From Heptranchias perlo (lineage: Eukaryota), in contig NW_027139637.1 in assembly GCF_035084215.1 (NCBI RefSeq), positions 62,001-126,000 of the forward strand: a stretch of DNA of 64,000 bases, written 5' to 3'. The notes beneath the pieces were generated by a model. It was given only the letters and a program-made list of their open reading frames with translations. It ran no database searches and had not been told where the DNA came from. How positions within the stretch are numbered: the stretch's first letter is position 1; each line of letters begins with the position of its first letter. Position numbers and translations under genes: made by a program. This document shows, piece after piece, positions 12,801 to 22,228 of the stretch.

Positions 12801-15800
12801 ACTGCCCTTTCAGGCGGTGAATTCCAGGTCTGTGTGAGGGAAAAAATTTCTCCTCATTTCCCCTCTAGTTCTTCAGCCAATTATTTTAAAATCGACGACC
12901 TCTGCGTCTTGATGCGTCGCAGCAACCAATCCCCGGGTTTAAGAGTCTCCAATTTAAACTACAGGCAGAGTCTCTGTTTGCCCGACATGGAAGGGTTTTG
13001 ATAAGAGCAGAGAGGGAGAAACCGTTTCCAGCGGCAGGAGGGTCGGTAACCAGAGGACACAGATTTAAGGTAACTGGCAGTAGATCCAGAGGGGGGGAAG
13101 ATGAGGAGAATGTTATTTTACGCAGCGAGTTGTTCTGATCTGGAATGCGCTGCCTGAAAGGGCGGTGGAAGCAGATTCAATAATAACTTTCAAAAGGGAA
13201 TTGAATAAATATTTATCTTAGAATCATACAGCACAGAAGGAGGCCATTCAGCCCATTCGTATCTGTGCTGGCTCTTTGAAAGAGCTCTCCAATTGGTCTC
13301 ACTCCCCCCCCTGCTCTTTCCCCACAGCCCTGAACATTTCTCCTTTTCAAGTATTTATCCAATTCCCTTTTGAAAGTCACGACTGAATCGAACATTTTGG
13401 GCCCCGTTATCCCTCCCGAGAATACGGGAACACTCCCTAAAAATCCAGCGGACCAGGCCACGCACAGGCTGACAAGAGAAACAGCGGACCTTGCTCAGGG
13501 GCAGTTGCGTGCCACAGGCGGGTAACTAAAGATCGGGCGCCGACCCAGCCTCACCTCGCATCTTGTGCCAGCTGACGGTGTCCACCATGTGCATCTCCCT
13601 GTTAAAACGCAGAGCGACAACGTTAGTGAGTCTCGGGCAAGAATCACGAATCCCCGCCCCACTCCCACCCAATGCTGGCATGGCGCCCACTTGAACCGCG
13701 ACCTCGCTGATCCCTGACGTTCACGCACGCCACGCGAGAGTGGCTGCCCCCCCCCCTCCGCCCCCAACATCAAGGCAATGCTCGACCAATTACGACGCCA
13801 AGGAGCCCCAGCGAAACGGAGGTCACTAGGGTCAGTAAACGGCTCACGGCGTTGCCCAGAATCCATCGATGAATGCAAGATGGCGGCCGGAGCGGAGACA
13901 CTTCAGGAGCCAACTCCACAGCGCCACCTGCTGGCCGGAACCTGCAACTACACCGTGACTGTTGACATAGCAATTTGCAATGCTGACAGGAAAACGGGAC
14001 CAACAAAATCCAGATAGCAGGAAGCATGGTTTTTGTTTCAAAAATGCATTCTCGGGATGTGGGCGTCGCTGGCAAGGCCGGCATTTATTGCCCGTCCCTC
14101 GTTGCCCCTTGAGAAGAGGCTGGTGGGCCTTCTTCTTGAACCCCTGTGGGGAAGCGACGTTGGGGAGGTAATTCCAGGATTGTGACCCAGCGACCACGAA
14201 GGAATGGCCGATGTGCGTCCAAGTCAGGGATGGCGCGGAGAGACTCGGGGCGGGGAACTTGGAGGTGATGTTGGAGGCGTCTGCTGCCCTTGTCCTTCGA
14301 GGTGGTGGAGGCCACGGGTTTGGAGGGTGCTGTCGAAGAAGCCTTGGGCGAGTTGCTGCAGGACATCCTGTGGATAGAACACATCCGTGGACGTTGCAGG
14401 CGATTTCCTTTGTGCGCGTTTCCCCAGACGAGACCTGGACGAGCGAGGCGGGAACGCGGCCCGAAACAGAGATGGACGTGCGCGGACTCACCCCATGAGG
14501 AGGTAGATGAGGATCGTCACCGACAAGAAGACGCCTTTGTAGCGCGAGTGGCGGCAGAGGAAGAGAACCACATAGCACATGAGGCTCAGCAGCACCACCC
14601 ACACCATCTGCAGCTGGAAGAAGTGGTAGAGGCAGTAAAAGCCACCAGTGACCGTGCTCAGGTGCTTCACCCACTGGGGCAGACCTGAGAGGGAGGAAGA
14701 GGGGGTGAGGGGAAGGGAGAGACATCAACGTTACAACACGGAGGCAGGGGCTCTTTAATAACTACAACCCGTCTAAATAACAAAGTCTCGCCCGCAGGAA
14801 CAGCCCGTCTGGTCAATCCCGGTGTTTATTCTCCACACGAGCCTCCTCCCTCCCTACTCCATCTCACCCTATCCTTCTATTCCTTTCTCCCTCATCCAGC
14901 TTCCCCTTAAATGCATCTGTGCCTCGACCACTCCCTGTGGGAGTGAGTTCCACATTCTCGCCACTCTCTGGGTAAAGAAGTTTCTCCTGAATTCCCGATT
15001 GGATTTATTACTGACTACCTTATATTTATGGCCCCGAGTTTTGGGACTCCCCCACAAGTGGAAACATCGTCTCTACGTCGACCGTTCATAATTTTGAAGA
15101 CCTCGATCAGGTCACCCCCTCACCATGGGAGGAGATGCAAAGTGTAGGGTCCGGGGTTCCACCCCACCTTTGCGCTGAGGGAGCCGATTTCAGGCGGGGA
15201 GGTTTTCGCAATTCACGCCAGCGTCCCAGGTGTCAGCCCTGGCTCAGTGAGGAGCACTCTCTCGCCACAGAGACAGAAAGTCGTGGGTTCGAGTCCCCAC
15301 TCCAGAGGCTTGAGCCCCATAATCCAGGCCGACACTCCCGGTGCGGAGGGAGCGCCGCGCTGTCGGAGGTGCCGTCTTTCGGATGAGACGTTAAACCGAG
15401 GCCCCGTCTGCCCCTCTCAGGTGGGACGTAAAAGATCCCACGGCCACTATTGGAAGAAGAGCAGGGGGAGTTCTCCCCGGTGTCCTGGGGCCAATATTTA
15501 TCCCTCAACTAACATCACTAAAAAACAGATGATCTGTGTCATTATCACATCACTGTTTGTGGGATCTTGCTGTGCGCAAATTGGCCGCCACGTTTCCCTA
15601 CGGTGACCACACTTCGAAAGTACTCCATTGGCTGTGAAGCGCTTTGGGACGTCCTGAGGTGGTGAAAGGGGCTGTGGGAATACAAAGTCTTTCTTTCATT
15701 TTAAGATCGGGGGGCGGGGGTTTCGGGAGGACGAATCAGTCAAGGTTACACTTCCTCAGCAACATCCAGAGACCCCCCCCCAAACCCCGACGGAGGGTGC

Positions 15801-16237
15801 GTCCTGCGGACTTTAAGACGAGCAAATGGGTGTGATGCCCCCTACAGTCGAATAGCCGGAAAGGCACAGGCGGGCGTTTGATGAGCGCCTCGTTTAAGCG
15901 AGGTAGAGGAGGGTCGTCGGTGACCTCAGGAGCGCTGGGGATGGGAGGGGTGGCGGGGGGTGAAACAGCATTAAGATCCTTCTCCGTCATTACAGCAAGA
16001 TTGGGGGTGGGGGCAGTTCACGAGCCCCCCCCCCCCCCCCCCCCCCACCGTAGGGCCAAGCAAGGCTCCGATAAAGGGCCCAGCGCAGTCACGACACTCA
16101 CCCAGCCTCCAGAAGACTCGACACCCGAGGCAGATGAGGAGAAGCTGCCAGACCTGCTCGAAGCCCTGCTCGGCGGTGGGGAGCACGCAGCCTCTGGACA
16201 GCTGCCGGAAGAACTCCTGTCGACTCAGTGCTGCCAT
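6027..16237 (-). CDS. PORCN: Protein-serine O-palmitoleoyltransferase porcupine (MBOAT), 12 visible coding exons; the two canonical terminal exons are not visible
   Basis: Exons, all with GT-AG boundaries: 16102-16237 ([10 protein letters not shown]), 14492-14684, 13555-13598, 12072-12253, 11433-11563, 10322-10339, 9714-9728, 9147-9272 ([17 protein letters not shown]), 7678-7778, 6874-6950 (YAASALLH, catalytic His), 6373-6436, 6027-6112. Sizes 136/193/44/182/131/18/15/126/101/77/64/86 keep one frame (1173 nt) and match the recalled human structure. Confidence 0.97.
6125..6350 (-). mobile_element. L2-type LINE 3'-end fragment
   Basis: Translates to [13 protein letters not shown] and ends in an ATGCAGGTTGTTG tail; related copies at 10840-11230, 23275-23630, 48310-48585 and 49750-49885. 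Confidence 0.7.
7860..8160 (+). mobile_element. CR1/L2-group LINE 3' fragment
   Basis: Peptide [18 protein letters not shown]...[12 protein letters not shown]; same family as 14050-14400 (-) and 53515-54075 (-). Confidence 0.75.
8590..9100 (-). mobile_element. tRNA-derived Deu-domain SINE with ~6x internal 33-bp expansion
   Basis: Deu-like core (TTTGTGGGATCTTGCTGTGCGCA; GATGAGACGTTAAACCGAGGCCCCGTCTG) on the minus strand; tandem 33-mers at 8821-9013. Confidence 0.8.
9714..9728 (-). CDS. PORCN: PORCN 15-nt microexon (GSVVR; human exon 8 equivalent)
   Basis: tctcag|AGGGTCTGTTGTCAG|gtaggt after a long CT tract; corresponds to human GTMVR. Confidence 0.88.
10322..10339 (-). CDS. PORCN: PORCN 18-nt microexon (KKRKIR; human exon 7 equivalent)
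   Basis: aacag|GAAGAAAAGGAAAATCAG|gtaaaa; corresponds to human NKKRKAR. Confidence 0.88.
10572..10710. repeat. 29-bp minisatellite (TTTTTCTGCCCTCACCCTGGAGGCCAGGT)
   Basis: About 5 tandem copies. Confidence 0.9.
10840..11230 (-). mobile_element. L2-type LINE 3'-end fragment
   Basis: Homologous to the 6125-6350 and 23275-23630 copies. Confidence 0.7.
12320..13395. mobile_element. Cluster of CR1 LINE 3' fragments in both orientations
   Basis: CR1 tail motifs (GAATGGCCTCCTTCTGTGCTGTA; TTCAAAAGGGAATTGGATAAATA; FKRELDKYL). Confidence 0.75.
13876..13952 (-). promoter_or_regulatory. Strong CTCF site with upstream motif plus adjacent YY1 motif, PORCN intron 3
   Basis: Minus strand reads TGTAGT-N10-GGCCAGCAGGTGGCGCTG (13919-13952); CAAGATGGCGGC on the plus strand at 13876-13887. 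Confidence 0.7.
14050..14400 (-). mobile_element. CR1/L2-group LINE 3' fragment
   Basis: Peptide [21 protein letters not shown]. Confidence 0.7.
14795..15122 (-). mobile_element. CR1 LINE 3' fragment
   Basis: Peptide KTRGHKYKV...[24 protein letters not shown]. Confidence 0.8.
15238..15698 (+). mobile_element. Near full-length tRNA-derived Deu-domain SINE (SacSINE1/AmnSINE1-like), unexpanded
   Basis: A-box-like TGGCTCAGTG, B-box GGTTCGAGTCC, a single 33-bp unit, the Deu domain and an L2-like tail ending AAGTCTTTCTTTC. Confidence 0.8.
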
Positions 16238-16364
16238 GCCGAGCCTCCAGCGTCATCGGACCTGCGGGAGAGAGGCACAGATCGGTCAGCGCTGCCGCAC
16301 TCTCCCAACATCCTGCGTCCGCTTTCCATTTTACCAAACTCGCTAGATGTGGTGTGACAACCGG

Positions 16365-17167
16365 TGCTGAGGGAGCGCCGCGCCGTCGGAGGGTCGGTAC
16401 TGAGGGAGCGCCGCGCCGTCGGAGGGTCGGTACTGAGGGAGCGCCGCGCCGTCGGAGGGTCGGTACTGAGGGAGCGCCGCGCCGTCGGAGGGTCGGTACT
16501 GAGGGAGCGCCGCGCCGTCGGAGGGTCGGTACTGAGGGAGCGCCGCGCCGTCGGAGGGTCGGTACTGAGGGAGCGCCGCGCCGTCGGAGGGTCGGTACTG
16601 AGGGAGCGCCGCGCCGTCGGAGGGTCGGTACTGAGGGAGCGCCGCGCCGTCGGAGGGTCGGTACCGAGGGAGCGCCGCACTGTCGGAGGTGCCGTCTTTC
16701 CGCTGAGACATTAAACCGAGGCCCCGTCTGCCCCTCTCAGGTGGATGTAAAAGATCCCACGGCCACTATTGGAAGAAGATCAGGGGGGAGTTCTCCCCGG
16801 GGTCCTGGGGCCAATATTTATCCCTCAACCAACATCACTAAAAAACAGATGATCTGCTCATTTACCCCATTACTGTTTGTGGGATCTTGCTGTGCGCAGA
16901 TTGGCTGCCACATTACAACAGTGACCACACTTCGAAAGTACCTCATTGGCCGTGGAGGGCTTTGGGACGTCCTGAGGTGGCGAAAAGCCCTGTTGAAGTG
17001 TGCTCACTGTTGTAATGTGGGGAACGCGGCAGACAATCTGCGCACAGCAAGATCCCACAAACAGCAATGTGATAAATGAGCAGATCATCTGTTTTTTAGT
17101 GATGGTTGAGGGATAAACATTGGCCCCAGGAGCCCGGGGAGAACTCCCCCTGCTCTTCTTCCAATAG
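16365..17167. mobile_element. Deu-SINE with ~10x 33-bp expansion followed by an inverted partial Deu-SINE
   Basis: Tandem 33-mers at 16365-16690; plus-strand body to about 16990; reverse-complement body at about 17000-17167. Confidence 0.8.
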
Positions 17168-17382
17168 GATGAGGAGTCCTGGCTGATTTCCGCCCTAGCC
17201 CGGGGGGGCACTGAGGCCAATTATAGCAGCCCGATGCCTCACCCTCACCCCCACCCCACCAGTGGACTGGGGGGGATCGAGCTGCCCCCTGTCCAGCTCT
17301 GCAAACAGAGCAGCATCTCTGCACTTGGTGGGGAAGCTGCTCTCATTCCCAAAGCCTCTGCACCAACCCCCATCTTTAATTA

Positions 17383-17616
17383 TAAACAATTTTACAACAC
17401 CAAGTTATAGTCCAGCAATTTTATTTTAAATTCACAAGCTTTCGGAGATTTTCTCCTTCCTCAGGTAAATGTTTTCTGAGGAAGGAGAAATGTTTCCTGA
17501 GGAAGGAGAAAATCTCCGAAAGCTTGTGAATTTAAAATAAAATTGCTGGACTATAACTTGGTGTTGTAAAATTGTTTACAATTGTCAACCCCAGTCCATC
17601 ACCGGCATCTCCACAT
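17383..17616. mobile_element. Penelope-like element remnant (inverted pLTR pair) with target-site duplication
   Basis: Palindromic arms homologous to the 41101-42025 element; flanking direct repeat CATCTTTAATTA at 17371-17382 and 17617-17628. Confidence 0.8.
17430..17470 (-). ncRNA. Minimal type I hammerhead ribozyme motif (Penelope pLTR)
   Basis: Minus strand: ATTTAC CTGAGGA A GGAGA AAA TCTCC GAAA GCTT GTGAAT. Confidence 0.65.
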
Positions 17617-18009
17617 CATCTTTAATTAAGCAGACCTCTGATTTTCTGCAACCCTAGTTCTCCTCCGGGCCTTTGGTTAGATTGCACAGTGGGTGCTTTT
17701 GAGCAGACTGCAATCTCTGGGGAAGAGATTGCATTTTATTTTTTTTGGGGAGGGGGGGGAAAAAAATCTTTTCTGCAATTACTTTTTACACTCAAATGCG
17801 CCCACTGGCTTCATTTTGCCCATAACCCCGGGATTTTTTGGCAGTATTTTCTTATTTCCAACAAGTGGGATTGTTTTAGCGAGGTTTGGCTGAAATCTAT
17901 GGAGATTATTTTTTTTTTTGGCCGGCTGGGACCACCTTAACATTAACCCCGGGGACGGGCTCCTCGAGGCCTTTCCCTCGCAGGGCCGCCGATCCCAGCT
18001 CGATTTTAC

Positions 18010-18365
18010 CTCAACAAACGGCCGGCGTCGCGTCTCTTTCTTTCCCCCCCCTCTCTCTCTCTCTCTCACTTCAGACTCGGCCCGATTCTCCGTCTCACCT
18101 CCGACATTATAACCGGTCGAAGGAAAAAGAAAAAAAAGACTCGAAAACAAGAAGGCAGGGAGGCTCGCTGCCGCGCATGCGCCCGCCGGAGCGTCGCGAC
18201 GCAGGCGCAGTTGCTGGGTGCCCCCTGTGGTTGGGGGGGGGGGGGGGGAGGGTGTTTTGACACGCATGCGCCGCTCACGGACCCGGTCTGTATTTGCTGG
18301 GCATGCGCCCCTCACGGACCCGGTCTGTATTTGCTGGGCATGCGCATCCCGCCCGCGCCCGCGCC
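18010..18365 (-). promoter_or_regulatory. PORCN CpG promoter and putative non-coding exon 1
   Basis: GAG|GTAAAA donor at 18009/18010; several NRF1-like GCGCATGCGC/GCATGCGC motifs at 18173-18346; the exon-2 acceptor lies at 16261. Confidence 0.6.
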
Positions 18366-18419
18366 CTTCCCCACCGTGGGCTCCTGCAGCGCAGGAGGAG
18401 GCCATTCGGGCCATCGGTC

Positions 18420-19042
18420 AAATGCAATCCAATCCAGGGGAAAGTGTGGGTTGATGCATTTGGGGAGGGCAAACAAGGCAAGGGAGTACACAATAAATGG
18501 GAGGATGGCGAGAGACCTTGGAGGGCATGTCCACAGATCCCTGAAGGTAACAGGACAGGTAGATAAGGTGGTTAAGAAGGCATACGGGATACTTCCCTTT
18601 ATTAGACTCTATGACTCTATGACTTCCCTTTATTAGCCGAGGCAAAGACTACAAGAGCAGGGAGGTTATGCTAGAACTGTATAAAACATTGGTTAGGCGA
18701 CAGCTTGAGTGCTGCGTACAGTTCTGTTCACCACATTATCACCACATTACAGGAAGGATGTGATTGCACTAGAGAGGGTACAGAGGAGATTTACGAGGAC
18801 GTTGCCAGGACTGGAGAATTTTAGCTGTGAGGAAAGATTGGATAGGCTGGGGTTGTTTTCTTTGGAACAGAGGAGGCTGAGGGGAGATTTAATTGAGGTG
18901 TACAAAATTATGAGGGGGCCTAGATAGAGTGGATAGGAAGGACCTATTTCCCTTAGCAGAGAGGTCAATAACCAGGGGGCATAGATTTAAAGTAATTGGT
19001 AGAAGGATTAGAGGGGAGCTGAGAACATTTTTTTCACCCAGA
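18420..19042 (+). mobile_element. CR1 LINE ORF2 C-terminal fragment (degenerate)
   Basis: Peptides KCGLMHLGRAN and SPHYRKDVIALERVQRRFTR...LGLFSLEQRRLRGDLIEVYKIM. Confidence 0.9.
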
Positions 19043-21852
19043 TGGGGGGAAATGGGATTAAGGGGAGAGCTCTTTCAGGGAGGGGGTACAGGGGGCAATG
19101 GGACTGAGGGGAGAGCTGTTTCAGGGAGAGGGTACAGGGGGCGATGGGGGGAATGGGGACTGAGGGGAGAGCTCTATCAGGGAGAGGGTACAGGGGCGAT
19201 GGGGGGAATGGGACTGAGGGGAGAGCTCTATCAGGGAGAGGGTACAGGGGCGATGGGGGGAATGGGACTGAGGGGAGAGCTGTTTCAGGGAGAGGGTACT
19301 GGGGGCGATGGGGGGAATGGGGACTGAGGGGAGAGCTCTATCAGGGAGAGGGTACAGGGGCGATGGGGGGAATGGGACTGAGGGGAGAGCTCTTTCAGGG
19401 AGAGGGTACAGGGGGCAATGGGACTGAGGGGAGAGCTCTTTCAGGGGGCGATGGGGGGAATGGGGACTGAGGGGAGAGGGTACAGGGGGCGATGGGGGGA
19501 ATGGGGACTGAGGGGAGAGCTCTATCAGGGAGAGGGTACAGGGGCGAGGGGGGGAATGGGGACTGAGGGGAGAGATCTTTCGAGGAGAGGGTATAAGGGG
19601 AGATGGAGGGAATGTGGACTGTGGGGAGAGCTCTTTCAGGTAGAGGGCAATGGTGGGAATGGGACTGAGGGGAGAGCTCTTGAGGGGAGAGGGTACGGGG
19701 GCGATGGGGGGAATGGGACTGAGGGGAGAGCTCTTTCAGGGAGAGGGTACAGGGGGCGAGGGGGGGAATGGGGACTGAGGGGAGAGCTCTTTCAGGGAGA
19801 GGGCAAAGGGGGCGATGGGGGGAATGGGGACTGAGGGGAGAGCTCTTTCAGGGAGAGGGTACAGAGGACGATGAGGGGAATGGGGACTGAGGGGAGAGCT
19901 CTTTCAGGGAGAGGGTACAGGGGGCGATGGGCACTGAGGGGAGAGCTCTTTCAGGGAGGGGGTACAGGGGAATGGGGACTGAGGGGAGAGGGTACAGGGG
20001 CGATGGGGGGGAATGGGGACTGAGGGGAGAGCTCTTTCAGGGAGGGGGTACAGGGGGCGATGGGGGGAATGGGGACTGAGGGGAGAGCTCTTGAGGGGAG
20101 AGGGTACGGGGGCGATGGGGGGAATGGGGACTGAGGGGAGAGCTCTTGAGGGGAGAGGGTACGGGGGCGATGGGGGGAATGGGACTGAGGGGAGAGCTCT
20201 TTCAGGGAGAGGGTACAGGGGGCGAGGGGGGGAATGGGGACTGAGGGGAGAGCTCTTTCAGGGAGAGGGTACAGGGGGCGAGGGGGGGAATGGGGACTGA
20301 GGGGAGAGCACTTTCAGGGAGAGGGCAAAGGGGGCGATGGGGGGAATGGGGACTGAGGGGAGAGCTCTTTCAGGGAGAGGGTACAGAGGACGATGAGGGG
20401 AATGGGGACTGAGGGGAGAGCTCTTTCAGGGAGAGGGTACAGGGGGCGATGGGCACTGAGGGGAGAGCTCTTTTAGGGAGGGGGTACAGCGGGCAATTGG
20501 GTGAATGGGGACTGAGAGGAGAGCTCTTTCAGGGAGGGAGTACATGGGAATGGGGACTGAGGGGTGAGGGTACAGGGGCGATGGGGGGGAATGGGGACTG
20601 AGGGGAGAGCTCTTTCAGGGAGGGGGTACAGGGGGCGATGGGGGGAACGGGGACTGAGGGGAGAGGGTACAGGGGGCGATGGGGGGGGATTGGGGACTGA
20701 GGGGAGAGCTCTTTCAGGGAGAGGGTACAGGGGGCGATGGGGGGAATGGGGACTGAGGGGAGAGCTCTTTCAGGGAGAGGGTACAGGGGGTGATGGGGGG
20801 AATGGGGACTGAGGGGAGAGCTCTTTCAGGGAGGGGCAAAGGGGGCGATGGGGGGAATGGGGACTGAGGGGAGAGATCTTTCAGGGAGAGAGTACAGGGG
20901 GTGATGGGGGGAATGGGACTGAGGGGAGAGATCTTTCGAGGAGAGGGTATAGGGGGAGATGGAGGGAATGGGGACTGAGGGGAGAGATCTTTCTGGGAGA
21001 GGGGAGAGGGTACAGGGGGCGATGGGGGGAATGGGACTGAGGGGAGAGCTCTTGAGGGGAGAGGGTACGGGGGCAATGGGGGGAATGGAACTGAGGGGAG
21101 AGCTCTTGAGGGGAGAGGGTATGGGGGCGATGGGGGGGGAATAGCGACTGAGGGGAGAGCTCTTTCAGGGAGAGGGTACAGGGGGCGAGGGGGGGAATGG
21201 GGACTGAGGGGAGAGCTCTTTCAGGGAGAGGGTACGGGGGCGATGGGGGGAATGGGGACTGAGGGGAGAGCTCTTTCAGGGAGAGGGTACAGGGGGCGAT
21301 GAGGGGAATGGGGACTGAGGGGAGAGCTCTTTCAGGGAGAGGGTACAGGGGGCGATGGGGGGAATGGGGACTGAGGGGAGAGCTCTTTCAGGGAGAGGGT
21401 ACAGGGGGCGATGGGGGGAATGGGGATTGAGGGGAGAGCTCTTTCAGGGAGAGGGTACAGGGGGCGATGAGGGGAATGGGGACTGAGGGGAGAGCTCTTT
21501 CAGGGAGAGGGTACAGGGGGCGATGGGGGGAATGGGCACTGAGGGGAGAGGGTACAGGGGGCGATGGGGTGAATGGGGACTGAGGGGAGAGCTCTTTCAG
21601 GGAGAGGGTACAGGGGGCGATGGGGGGAATGGGCACTGAGGGGAGAGGGTACAGCGGGCGATGGGGGGAATGGGGACTGAGGGGAGAGCTCTTTCAGGGA
21701 GAGGGTACGGGGGGCGATGGGGGGACTGGGGACTGAGGGGAGAGGGTACAGGGGGCGATGGGGGGAATGGGGACTGAGGGGAGAGCTCTTTCAGGGAGAG
21801 GGTACGGGGGCGATGGGGGGAATGGGGATTGAGGGGAGAGCTCTTTCAGGGA
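19043..21852. repeat. G-rich ~55-bp minisatellite (GGGACTGAGGGGAGAGCTCTTTCAGGGAGAGGGTACAGGGGGCGATGGGGGGAATG)
   Basis: About 50 imperfect tandem copies between the PORCN and EBP promoters. Confidence 0.92.
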
Positions 21853-21914
21853 TGGGGCTAAGGGCTGCCCTCCACCACCTTTGCCCTTTGAGCCCGAGGG
21901 GACGGGGGGGTTTG

Positions 21915-22216
21915 ACCATGTTGCGATTGGCCCCGCCCCCCGGTCGTTGCCACAGCAACCCTCGGATGATGCGAGGCTCCCGCGCCAATCAGCGGAATCG
22001 AACGAGGGTGGCGCGCGGGCCGAGCGGCAACCGCCGCTCTCCGACGTCACCGTGACACGTGGGGTGTGACGGACCCTCCCATCGCGACTCGTCAAGGGCA
22101 GCGTCAATCATGCCAAGCGGAGATTTGATTGGTGGATTCGGCTACCAATCAGTCTAGGGCCCGCCCTCTCCCCATGCTGGGTATAAATAGTGGGCGGAGC
22201 GGCTCAGTTCTCAGTC
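21915..22216 (+). promoter_or_regulatory. EBP promoter: four CCAAT boxes, SRE-like element, GC boxes and TATA
   Basis: ATTGG/CCAAT at about 21926, 21985, 22128 and 22145; GTGGGGTGTGAC at 22059-22070; TATAAAT at 22182-22188. SREBP/NF-Y architecture is typical of sterol biosynthesis genes. Confidence 0.7.
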
Positions 22217-22228
22217 CCGCTGCCGGTG

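Noticed and set aside
15238-15305. tRNA gene
   Set aside because: A and B boxes are present but there is no complete cloverleaf, and the sequence continues into a Deu-SINE body.
6027-16237. PORCN as a pseudogene because terminal exons are absent
   Set aside because: All 12 visible exons are intact and in frame with the catalytic His; nearby N gaps can hide the remainder.
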